From the NCBI GenBank assembly GCA_903901345.1, contig CAIUQQ010000337.1:1-58044 (forward strand): a stretch of 58,044 nucleotides of DNA, given 5' to 3'. Source of the stretch: an uncultured Bacteroidota bacterium. Lineage in GTDB: Bacteria > Bacteroidota > Bacteroidia > UKL13-3. Positions 46,046-56,100 of the stretch are shown piece by piece. A model generated the notes under the pieces. The model searched no databases. It saw only the letters and a program-made list of their open reading frames with translations, and was not told where the DNA came from. The position numbers and the translations under genes were made by a program. How positions within the stretch are numbered: the stretch's first letter is position 1; every line of letters begins with the position of its first letter.

Positions 46046-48565
46046 CTAATTTCTTACAAACTTTTTTACAATTAAATGCTTTTCCGAAACTATATTTAAC
46101 ATATAAACTCCAGTAGGTAATTGAGTAAAATCAAAAGCAGTTTCTTTTGATATTTTATCATAATTTACATTCAATAATAATTGTCCTGAAAGGCTGTAAA
46201 CAATCAATGTAGCAGGTTCATCTATTACTGTATTTATACTTACAAATCCTGTAGTAGGATTAGGAAATAACACTAAATTATTTGGAGTAATTTCGGTAAT
46301 ATTTGTATGGTCAACTTTTAAGCTTGAAGGAGTAACTGGTGAACGCCAAATTCCTCGTCCATAAGTTGAAATTACCACATGGTTTTCTATATTATTAATT
46401 TCTATGTCGTTTATGGTGGTATTTGGCAAGTTATTACTGAACAATTTCCATTCAGTTAATGAGTCATTTGTATAATAAACTGCTTTATTCATGGCCAAAT
46501 AAATGGTATTATTATAACTACTAGCTTGGTGAATAATACTGTTTTTGGCTCCCGTTGGGAGATTATAGGTAATGTTTTTCCAAGTAGTTCCACTATCTAA
46601 CGATTTATAAATAATATTATCGGTTACTACATATATAATAGCAGGGTTATTTCTATTAAAGTCAAAGTTCTTAATTGACGAAGTAATATTATTGAATTTA
46701 GTAATATTAAAAGCTGTTGTTCCGTCAGACTGAAAAAGCCCAGCTGGTGTACTTACTAATACTTTTAAATCATTGGTAGGATGAACCCTAATTTGGTTAA
46801 TATTACTGATAAAATCATAAGAAGAAGCTATTGAATAAGAACCAGAATTATACATGTATAATTTTTTGAAACCAGCATATAAAATTCCATTATTACCAAA
46901 TTCTAAAGGCGTAATCCAATTTCCTTTTTCACCAGCAGGTGAGCTAGCAGTAAAAAATCCTTCATTAGCAGTATTCGAAATATCTAATTGATACATAGAA
47001 CCACCATATTGAATTAATCCATAATGTGTATTTAAATTGGTTGGGTCAATGGCTGCATCCATTCCATCGGCTCCATGAAAATTAATCCATGCATTGTTAG
47101 CAAATGAAAAACCACCATTGTCTTGTAACCCACCTACTGCTTGCACTTCGGTTGATTGTGCTACATCAATTCTATAAAACTGACTAATGTTTAATCCATT
47201 TATAGTTTTATCGGTAAAGTTAGTGCCTAAATCTGCTGAAACAAATATTCCACCATCGGAACAAGCATAAAATTTTCCATTATAAAATTTCAAATCATGA
47301 ATATCGGCATGTGTATATGATTCCCCACTAGGATTACTCCAACTATTTAATTTGTTAAAATTTGCACCACCATTTGTCGATTTCCAAACATTTAAACAGC
47401 CCGTAAAAACCACTTCAGCATTTACGTCAGAAACTGTTAATGCTAAATCATAATCAGCTTGAGTAGCTCCATCATAAACATCGGAAGTAGTGTTTTGTGT
47501 AGTAAAAGTTTCGCCACTGTTTATTGATCTATAAACTCCTTTATAACTATTATCGTTATCAGAAACTAATACATATAAGTATTCAGCATTTGCAGGTGTA
47601 ACTGCAATGGCTGTTCTACCCGCATTGGTGTAAGATTGAATAGCAATAAAAGTTTCACCACCATCTGTCGATTTTACAATATCTCTTGTAGTTCCTGATC
47701 CTGACACAGCATATAATACAGTTGTATCGTTTGGTTTAATTCTAATTTCTTTGCATAAAGTAGCATAATTTCTTGTCCAAGTTAAACCCGCATCGGTAGT
47801 TTTATAAACTCCACTACTTCCAACTACCCAAAGTGAGTTTGAATTCAATGGATTGATTAAAATTTCACCTAATTTAGAGGAAGCAGAATATGGATATGAA
47901 GTTTGAGTCCAAGTAATTCCGCCATTTATTGTTTTCCAAACACCTGTAGTAGCTGAATTCCCTCCATCTTCATCGCCAGAGGCAACATAAATAATGTTTG
48001 AATCATTATAATCAATGGCAATTCCTGAAACACCAGAAAAAGTAGCCGCTTCATTTAATAAAACCCAAGAATTTCCATTGTTATTACTTTTCCAAATACC
48101 ACCATTGGGCGAACCAATATAAATGGTGTTTGGATTTTTAGGATCAACAGCAGAAATATTTATTCTACCTTGTCCTGAACTCCACGAACCTTTGTTTACA
48201 TGTGTAAACGGACCCATTGGAATCCAATTACTCATATCTACACTATCTGCTTTTTTACTTAAATTACTTTTCTTTTTTCTTGAATTTAAATATTCATTTG
48301 CTATTTGGTCGCCACTCATTAAAGTACCATCTGCATTTAAATAATACTTCCAATGTTCTTTCCATCTTTGATATACTTTAAAGCCAGAACCTTTATTATA
48401 TTTATTGGGTTTGGTTTCCCAAAAACTATCTAATTGATCAATTATTTCAGCATAATTATTGGTGGTAAATTGCTGCCCAAGTATTTCAATTGGCTGATTA
48501 CTTTTTTGCGAATAAACTACATGAATGCATAAACTTAAAAGTATATATAAGAAGGTTTTTTTCAT
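46046..48565 (-). CDS. Secreted BNR/Asp-box repeat beta-propeller protein with T9SS C-terminal sorting domain
   Basis: I prefer the ATG at 48565 (MKKTFLYILLSLCIHVVYSQ). Asp-boxes: SNNNGNSW, TINGGITW, TTDAGLTW, STDGGETF, SINSGETF, STNGGANF, SLDSGTTW. The tail is LFPNPTTGFVSI...GVYMLNI...KKFVRN. Confidence 0.85.
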   Translation of the reverse strand: MKKTFLYILLSLCIHVVYSQKSNQPIEILGQQFTTNNYAEIIDQLDSFWETKPNKYNKGSGFKVYQRWKEHWKYYLNADGTLMSGDQIANEYLNSRKKKSNLSKKADSVDMSNWIPMGPFTHVNKGSWSSGQGRINISAVDPKNPNTIYIGSPNGGIWKSNNNGNSWVLLNEAATFSGVSGIAIDYNDSNIIYVASGDEDGGNSATTGVWKTINGGITWTQTSYPYSASSKLGEILINPLNSNSLWVVGSSGVYKTTDAGLTWTRNYATLCKEIRIKPNDTTVLYAVSGSGTTRDIVKSTDGGETFIAIQSYTNAGRTAIAVTPANAEYLYVLVSDNDNSYKGVYRSINSGETFTTQNTTSDVYDGATQADYDLALTVSDVNAEVVFTGCLNVWKSTNGGANFNKLNSWSNPSGESYTHADIHDLKFYNGKFYACSDGGIFVSADLGTNFTDKTINGLNISQFYRIDVAQSTEVQAVGGLQDNGGFSFANNAWINFHGADGMDAAIDPTNLNTHYGLIQYGGSMYQLDISNTANEGFFTASSPAGEKGNWITPLEFGNNGILYAGFKKLYMYNSGSYSIASSYDFISNINQIRVHPTNDLKVLVSTPAGLFQSDGTTAFNITKFNNITSSIKNFDFNRNNPAIIYVVTDNIIYKSLDSGTTWKNITYNLPTGAKNSIIHQASSYNNTIYLAMNKAVYYTNDSLTEWKLFSNNLPNTTINDIEINNIENHVVISTYGRGIWRSPVTPSSLKVDHTNITEITPNNLVLFPNPTTGFVSINTVIDEPATLIVYSLSGQLLLNVNYDKISKETAFDFTQLPTGVYMLNIVSEKHLIVKKFVRN

Positions 48566-48732
48566 TTTTAAAATTTTAAAATTAACAGCTAACAAGCTAA
48601 ATAGTACTTGATAGAAAATGCAGTTTCTAAAAGCAAATTGGCGTTTTCTTGCTGAAACTAACTACAAATAAAGAGCATAAAAGTTTCAAAACAAATTCCA
48701 TAACGTAAGTCAACAAAAAGAAGACAATGGTT

Positions 48733-51237
48733 CTATTTAAATTTTTTATCAGTTTGTAAACTTAATATATTAGCAAATAATCGGTATGAACCAGCAACGC
48801 CTGCCGGCAATTCCCTGAAGAAAGCTAAGCCAGTATACACATAATTTCCTTTGCCATATTTGGCAATAATCAAGCTGCCTTTATTGGGTTTTTCACCCGG
48901 ATCGTTCATGCTTAGTGGACATTCAAAACTGCTATCCATGTCAGTTCCAAAGTATATTCCACGCTCTTGAATCCAACCATGAAAATCGGCATTGGTTATT
49001 TTATTGGGGAAATTTAAAACAGGGTGCTCAGGCAATAAAAAAGTAACAGGCGCTTCTTCAATGGTAACTCTATCGCGACTAAGTTTAAAAGGCACCGGTG
49101 AAATTTGATCTTTCAATGGTCCAAAAAAGCTATTGGTATTGTATTGAACAATTAAGTTTCCACCTTCTTTTACATAATCAAATACACGTTGTTTGTATTG
49201 TTGTAATTTTTCGTTGGTGTTAAATGCACGCACACCTAAAACAATGGCAGGAAATTCATTTAAGTTTCCATTTTGCAATTGTTCATCGGTAATCATTACC
49301 ACTTTATAACCCATTTGTTCCAAGCTTGCAGGCACTGCATCGCCCGCACCTTGAATATAACCAACGGTGTTAAAGGTTTTCTTCACATCTACTTTAACTA
49401 ATTTAGCTTCAACTTCAGGAAACCATGTTTGAACAGGAATATGATCGTACTTAATTTCTTTGATTCCTTTGGTGTAATTTTGTTCATCTATTTCGGCTGT
49501 GAAGTTGATGGTTGATTGTTCGCTTGAACGCTTCTCGACTTCGCTCGAAGTGACAGAAGGGGAATTGCTCGACCCTTCGACTAAGCTCAGGGTGACATTG
49601 GAAGTGACAGGTGATTTTATAGAAAAAGTTACAATTTGTTCATCGCCTTTTTTAGGTAAATTTACATTTGCAAATGCTGGTTCCATGCTCCAACCTTGAG
49701 GTAAGTTTGCTTTTATTTTAGTTTGAATATTGTCTTTTCCTGCTTTAACAATTACTTGAATTTCTTTTGGTTTTTCATCGGTAAATACAAAACTTTTTTG
49801 AGTTAAGTTAAGCATTACTGGTGGCGTAATTAACAAGGGACGATACAACTCTCCTTTTTCAGGATCAACCCATTTGTATTGCAATTGGTCAAACATTTTA
49901 ACTCCTTTGCTATCTGGCATAAAATCGTAACCAGATAAAACATAAGGTTCAGATACATTGTTTCTTAATAAATTGTTTTTATCGTTTAACACAAACATAT
50001 TGTTTTGTATCTTATTTTCTGTCCAATATAAATGGGAAATTTTATTACTTAAAAAAATGGTAGTATCTCTATTAAACACGTTAAAAACATAGCCTTTTAA
50101 CAAGCTGTTTTGTATTCTAATAATTGTTCCATCAGCTATTTTTATTTTTTCATTAATACTATAATTTGGCTTATCAGCAATGGATTCTCTATAAAAACCA
50201 TTACAATTTAAAATAATTTTACTTGATAAATCTGATTGATATGCGTTTTCTTTTTCATCTATTGAATTATAAACTTGTATCAATTGTTTTGAAATCAAGT
50301 CTGGTTGTAAAGCATTATAAATCTTAATAATATTCGAAATCTGTTTCCCAATTTTCTCTCCACCTTTTACTCGTTTCCAAGTAAAATCTATTCCTTCAAA
50401 AATATCTTTTAAACCAACTGTATCACCTTTTAAAGGTTTGAAAAAATCTAAGCTTTCGCCACGTTGTTTGGCACTTCCAAAACCTTGGCTTTTATGCATG
50501 CTGCGGCTTTCGGCTGCTATTTCGCCATAGCTTTTACCCAACAAGGGATTGTAACCACCCACATCTAATTTTATATACGGACTCATATCGGCATTTGGGT
50601 TTGCAAAACGAGTACTTACATTCCAAAACATCCTGCGGGTTTTCCAAACCGAAACATATTGTAATTGATCTGGAAAACGAGTTGGATCAGCTGCTGCATC
50701 AAAAGCTTCTTCAGCCAACATCGCTGATGCAGTATGATGTCCATGTCCGCCACTTCCATCGGTAGCAAAACGAGTAATGATAATATCAGGTCTAAAATTA
50801 CGGATAACCCAAACCATATCACTCAAAATAGAATCATGGCTCCATTTGGTAAAAGTTTCTTCCGGATTTTTACTAAAACCAAAATCGTAAGCACGGGTAA
50901 AAAATTGCTCACCACCATCAATTCTGCGTGCTGCCAATAATTCTTGCGTGCGAATCATTCCTAATTCAATGCCTTGTTCAGAGCCAATTAAATTTTGTCC
51001 ACCATCGCCACGTGTTAAACTTAAATAGCCGGTGCGTAAACATTTTTCATTGGCCAAATAAGCTATCAAACGGGTGTTTTCATCATCGGGATGCGCTGCT
51101 ATGTAGAGCACCGAACCAACAGTGTTTAACTTTTTAAGTTGTAAAAGTATTTCAGATGAGGTGTATGATTTGGGTGCTTGCGCAATTGCCAAAACAGTTA
51201 CACTGAATGATAAAATGAAGGTTATAATTTTTTTCAT
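48733..51237 (-). CDS. PIG-L/LmbE-family N-acetylglucosaminyl deacetylase with large C-terminal extension
   Basis: 834 aa with a signal peptide. VLYIAAHPDDEN is the LmbE signature, and there is a His-rich metal site (GSGGHGHHTA). The C-terminal domain resembles a class-I glutamine-amidotransferase-like fold. Confidence 0.85.
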   Translation of the reverse strand: MKKIITFILSFSVTVLAIAQAPKSYTSSEILLQLKKLNTVGSVLYIAAHPDDENTRLIAYLANEKCLRTGYLSLTRGDGGQNLIGSEQGIELGMIRTQELLAARRIDGGEQFFTRAYDFGFSKNPEETFTKWSHDSILSDMVWVIRNFRPDIIITRFATDGSGGHGHHTASAMLAEEAFDAAADPTRFPDQLQYVSVWKTRRMFWNVSTRFANPNADMSPYIKLDVGGYNPLLGKSYGEIAAESRSMHKSQGFGSAKQRGESLDFFKPLKGDTVGLKDIFEGIDFTWKRVKGGEKIGKQISNIIKIYNALQPDLISKQLIQVYNSIDEKENAYQSDLSSKIILNCNGFYRESIADKPNYSINEKIKIADGTIIRIQNSLLKGYVFNVFNRDTTIFLSNKISHLYWTENKIQNNMFVLNDKNNLLRNNVSEPYVLSGYDFMPDSKGVKMFDQLQYKWVDPEKGELYRPLLITPPVMLNLTQKSFVFTDEKPKEIQVIVKAGKDNIQTKIKANLPQGWSMEPAFANVNLPKKGDEQIVTFSIKSPVTSNVTLSLVEGSSNSPSVTSSEVEKRSSEQSTINFTAEIDEQNYTKGIKEIKYDHIPVQTWFPEVEAKLVKVDVKKTFNTVGYIQGAGDAVPASLEQMGYKVVMITDEQLQNGNLNEFPAIVLGVRAFNTNEKLQQYKQRVFDYVKEGGNLIVQYNTNSFFGPLKDQISPVPFKLSRDRVTIEEAPVTFLLPEHPVLNFPNKITNADFHGWIQERGIYFGTDMDSSFECPLSMNDPGEKPNKGSLIIAKYGKGNYVYTGLAFFRELPAGVAGSYRLFANILSLQTDKKFK
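49521..49612. repeat. REP-like GC-rich repeat pair embedded in frame in the PIG-L gene
   Basis: The minus strand reads gtcaccctgagcttagtcgaagggtcgagc ... tgtcacttcgagcgaagtcgagaagcg. It is translated as VTLSLVEGSSNSPSVTSSEVEKRSSE. The cores match the intergenic repeats at 51286-51406 and 24540-24754. Confidence 0.7.
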
Positions 51238-51285
51238 ATTGATTTTTAAGTTCTTAGTTTGAAGTACTTAGTTTCTTAGTTTTAT

Positions 51286-51406
51286 GGTCACTGAGCCTGT
51301 CGAAGTGTTGCCTCAGATTCACAGATTTTTTGATTTTGTTACCGTTGACTGCACTTCGACAAGCTCAGTGACCGTTAGAGTTTTGGTTGCTGAGCTTGTC
51401 GAAGCG
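51286..51406. repeat. REP-like inverted repeat (GTCACTGAGCYTGTCGAAG) plus extra half-site
   Basis: ggtcactgagcctgtcgaagtg (51286-) pairs with cacttcgacaagctcagtgacc (51352-51373). The loop contains cctcagattcacagatt. A third copy, gttgctgagcttgtcgaagcg, is at 51386-51406. Confidence 0.8.
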
Positions 51407-51440
51407 TGTATTGCAAATGCTAGTTGCCAGAAGCTAGATG

Positions 51441-52907
51441 CTAGTTTATCACACTATAACTTGTTCCATCTTTGCCATCTTTTATTTCAAAACCAATGTC
51501 TTTTAGTTTGTTTCTGATGGAATCACTGGTAGCAAAATCTTTGTTCATTTTAGCATGATTTCTTTGTTCAATGATCATATTCAATAAACCATCCACTTTG
51601 CTGGTATCACTTGAGTTTTCTTCTTGTAAACCCAACACATCAAAAATTATTTCTGTCATCAATTTTTTCAAACTGGCTTTGTCTATTTCAGTAATGGTTT
51701 CCTTGCCATCGTTAATAGAATTAATCATTCTCACTGCTTCAAAAATACTTGCTATTGCAATTGGTGTATTGAAATCATCGTTTAAAGCATTATATATTTC
51801 TGTTTTTACAGCATCAATATTCACCGAACTATTTGTACTTACTTTTAAACCATCCATCAATTTCATGGCATTCATTAACCTGGTAAAACCTTTTTCAGCA
51901 GCTTGTAATGCTTCGTTGCTAAAATCTAAGGTACTGCGGTAATGTGCTTGCAACATAAAAAAGCGCACAGTCATTGGGCTATAGCCTTTGTCTAATAGTT
52001 TATGATTTCCTGAAAACAACTCATTAGGTAAAAAAGAATTTCCTAAACTTTTGCTCATTTTTTGGCCATTAACTGTCAACATATTGGTATGAATCCAGTA
52101 ACGAGCAGGTTGTGTTTTGTGGCAAGCCAAATTCTGCGCAATTTCGTTGGTATGATGTGTTGGCACTAAATCCATTCCACCACCATGAATATCAAATTCA
52201 TTTCCCAAATATTTACTACTCATGGCCGAACATTCTAGGTGCCATCCAGGAAAACCAATTCCCCACGGACTTGGCCATTTCATAATATGTTCGGGTTTGG
52301 CATTTATCCAAAGAGCAAAATCTAAGCGACCACGTTTATCCCCTTGCCCATCTAAATCGCGGGTATTGTTTAATAAATCGTCTAAATTTCTATTCGATAA
52401 AATGGTGTAATTATATTCTTTGGTAAACTTTTCTACATCAAAATATATAGAACCATTTACCTCATATGCGTATCCATTTTCAATGATCTGTTTAGTCATT
52501 TCAATTTGTTCAATAATATGACCCGTAGCAGTAGGTTCAATGCTTGGCGGCAAGGTATTGAACATACGCATGGTTTCTCTAAAATCAATGGTGTAACGCT
52601 GTACAATTTCCATTGGTTCTAGCTGTTCTAATTTTGCTTTTTTAGCAATTTTATCTTCGCCTTCATCAGCATCACTTTCCAAATGACCAGCATCGGTAAT
52701 ATTGCGCACGTATCGCACCTTATAACCCAAATGCAATAAATAACGGAATATTACATCGAACGAAATAAATGTACGTGCATTACCCAAATGCGCATTGCTA
52801 TAAACGGTTGGTCCACAAACATACATGCCAATATGACCCGCGTGAATTGGTTTAAAATCTTCGGTAGTTCGAGATAAAGTATTGTATATTTTTAAAGTAG
52901 AATCCAT
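51441..52907 (-). CDS. cysS: Cysteine--tRNA ligase
   Basis: 488 aa with the HIGH-type motif (NAHLGNARTF), KMSKSLGN, WPSPWGIGFPGWHLEC and a C-terminal DALR-2-like domain. Confidence 0.95.
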   Translation of the reverse strand: MDSTLKIYNTLSRTTEDFKPIHAGHIGMYVCGPTVYSNAHLGNARTFISFDVIFRYLLHLGYKVRYVRNITDAGHLESDADEGEDKIAKKAKLEQLEPMEIVQRYTIDFRETMRMFNTLPPSIEPTATGHIIEQIEMTKQIIENGYAYEVNGSIYFDVEKFTKEYNYTILSNRNLDDLLNNTRDLDGQGDKRGRLDFALWINAKPEHIMKWPSPWGIGFPGWHLECSAMSSKYLGNEFDIHGGGMDLVPTHHTNEIAQNLACHKTQPARYWIHTNMLTVNGQKMSKSLGNSFLPNELFSGNHKLLDKGYSPMTVRFFMLQAHYRSTLDFSNEALQAAEKGFTRLMNAMKLMDGLKVSTNSSVNIDAVKTEIYNALNDDFNTPIAIASIFEAVRMINSINDGKETITEIDKASLKKLMTEIIFDVLGLQEENSSDTSKVDGLLNMIIEQRNHAKMNKDFATSDSIRNKLKDIGFEIKDGKDGTSYSVIN

Positions 52908-53076
52908 GGTAAAAAATGTGTTGCGAATATAGTTGAATAAATTTTGAATTTTGAATGCTAGATTATGAATGATTTTATATTTATGAAAAGCAGCAGTTTT
53001 AACAGATTTTTAAAGTTTAAAATTTTTCATTGGTATGTAAAAATTTGTATTGTAGATTTATAAGCAGATTTTTTAT

Positions 53077-53114
53077 AAAAAAACGGGCAAGTATTTAAAA
53101 TACTTGCCCGTTTT
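53077..53114 (-). terminator. Rho-independent terminator of the 1594-aa gene
   Basis: Stem acgggcaagta / tacttgcccgt (11 bp), flanked by A7 and T4. It reads as hairpin plus T-run on the minus strand. Confidence 0.7.
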
Positions 53115-53134
53115 AAAAAAATTGGTGAAATTAA

Positions 53135-56100
53135 TTAGTGTGTAATTACTACTTTAATTGTAGCATTTTTACCATTATTTCCAGCTATTGATAACATATA
53201 AATTCCGTCTTGTAAATTACTAACATTTATTTTGTTTGTCATCGAGGCTTCCATGTTTTCTTCTATCAATAATTGGCCTGTAATTGAATATAACTTCACA
53301 TTCGTATTTCCAGTTATGTTATTGCTATTAATAAACAAATCTGTTTGAGCAGGATTAGGATAAACGTTGATATTGTTTTTAAAATCAATATTGTTCACTC
53401 CAACTCCAGGGCCACGAACCAATATAATATTAAATGTTTCAACTGCTTTTAAAGAATCAGTTGTTTCGTAAGAAAACACAGTCCATTGTAGTTTTATTGA
53501 ATCACCTTTAGCAACACCGTTTGCAATCAATATGGCATCAATTGCATTATGTGTTAAAGTCAATTTGTTGTCAGCACCTGTATTATCTGCATTTAAATTC
53601 AATAATGGATTACTAAAATTACCAGCTAAAGTTGCAGCTTTCCAAGTGTGTTTTGTAGCTTTTGTAGATGCTGTCCAATCAATCACAATAGGAGTTGTGC
53701 TATTAGGTGTAATCACTAAACGTGCATTGTTTGCAGGATTAGATAAATTAAATGAACCCAAAATACGCTTGCGGGTGATTGTAATGTTCCAATCTTGACT
53801 AGCTTTAATTGAATCAGTTCCTAAATATGCAAAAACTGTCCATTTTAAATTAACCGAATCAGTACGTTTAACACCCAATGTATTTAATAAATTATCAATT
53901 GCTCCGCTTGTTAATGTCAATGAAGTATCAACGCCAGCATTGTTTGAATTTAATCGTACTAAAGGAGTTGTAAAACTTCCAGTTGCAGTTGTAGCAAACC
54001 ATTTGTAGCGTGTTGCATTGGCTGATTTAGTCCAGTTAATATTTACTAAACTTGTGTTACCTTCTTCAACAGTTACACTGCTATTGTTGGCAGGAGAATT
54101 TAAATTAAATGAACCTAAAAGCACTTTACTTCTTGCTAATGTTAAATTAAAAACTTGGCTAGCTTGCAATGAATCGGTTAAAGATTTATAAGCAAAAACG
54201 GTCCATTTTGTATTCACTGAATCACCTCTGTTTATTCCTAAACCAGCTAAAATTGCATCTACACTTCCTGATGATAAGGTTAAAGTAGAATCAACACCCG
54301 AATTGTTTGATAATAAAGTAAGCAAAGGTGTAGTAAATGTTCCGGCTTGGCTAGTTAACATCCATTTGTATAATATTGCATTTGTTGATTTTGTCCAATT
54401 AACTTGAACATTTGAAGTAGATGAACTATCAGTTACAATGCGGCTATTATTTGCAGGATTTGCTAAGTTAAATGCTGATAAAGGCATCTCAATAACATCC
54501 TTTTTACGAACACCATATAATTGATAACCTAAGGCACAACCATTAGTTGGTGATGAACAGAATTGTGCTAAAATACCTTCAAAAATAAATGCACCTTTTG
54601 GAATAGATAATGCAGGAGCATCTTCTATTTCAGTATCTGCTGCAGCTATAATTCTTAATAAAGTGGTATCGCCTGTTGTAGCTCCATCCCAAACTATATT
54701 GTTAGTACTTGCGGCAAATGTTGCAGCAGTAGCACTTGTTCTCAATCCAACTATTCGAACCACTTTACTTTCGTATTGTTCTCCATTGGTGTTAATTTGT
54801 TTAACAGTTACTAAAACAGGTGCAGGCAAATTATTATTTGAGCTTAATTTAGTTACTCTGCTATTTTCACCAAAAGCACCAGTTCCAATGTTTATTTGCG
54901 CATAATTGTTGTAATCTCCTCTTCCTCCAACAACTTCAACAAAATCGCCTTCTTTTAAACCATTACTTAAAATTGAATCAACCATTGCACCAGAAGATTG
55001 ACGAACAGCAATAGCTGATGTAGAATCTTGAATATAAATAAATCTACCCCAAGCTCTAGTAATAACTCCTCTGACTCTTACAGTATCGGTCGTTAATGTT
55101 CTTGCTTGCGCAATAGTTTTATAATTAATTCCATTATAAGAATCAGGGTTAAATAAAGACAATAATTGACCACCTTCAACAGCTGAACCACTTATGGCAT
55201 AATGTGCTTGGTCGGCAGTTAAAAACATACCAGCTCCTAAAATATCTTGAACATCAATGATACCTGAAGTTTCTTCGTCTTGGTTAAAAGGAGCAGTTGC
55301 AGCTAACCCAATATCTCCAAATCTTGCAGGATCATGTTTGGCAATCATTTTTAATATATCTGTTGCAATGGTGTATTGCCAAATTTTTCCATTATGAGCT
55401 GAGTTTCCTACATCTTCTTGTAATAGAATATGTCCGGTTTTATCAATTGCCATGTTGTCTAACATTACTTGACCTTCTGTTCCGTCTAATACTGCTTCAA
55501 TTGTTCCACCTAAAGATGGATTGCTTAAACTATCAAAGCGTAAACGCCAAACTCTACTTCTTCCTATTTGAGTTCCTACACCATCATTCACTTGATCAAT
55601 TTGATCTGTTGTGTTAAAGTAAAAATCTCTTGGATTACTTGGATCCCAAGCACCATCTTCTGGACGTGAAAACTTAGTGATACCTGCAGTATTACTTGCA
55701 GTATTAAATGCCACACCACTCATTTGTTTTACGTTACCCAAATCAACTAAAGTAAAACGAGTTCCTGCAACTGGAGGATTGTTAATTACTGTTGTACTTG
55801 TTCTTTCAGCTGCAAAACCAGTTACTTTTACTCCCCAAGGTGTTCCATTGGTTAAACCTGCTTTATCTACTTCAGTTCCTGTGTTGGTTTTATTTCCAAT
55901 ATAAAAATAAACTTGTCCATCAGTCCCATCGTTTGTTAAAGCTACAACTGTTTTATCGCCAGTACTTGGACTAGCAATTCCATTTTCCCAAGCTCCTTTT
56001 CCTAAAGCAGCTAATTCCCATGATGTACCTGCATTTGTTCCAGTAACAATATGAGCAAAAGCACGACTTTCATCATTGGTTTCTTCGCCATTCATGAATA

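Noticed and set aside
49499-49699. 66-aa plus-strand ORF inside the PIG-L gene
   Set aside because: It is an antisense artefact created by the GC-rich embedded repeat.
51284-51517. 77-aa plus-strand ORF
   Set aside because: It is made of REP-like repeat sequence (VTEPVEV.., TSTSSVTV..) and runs antisense into the cysS 3' end.
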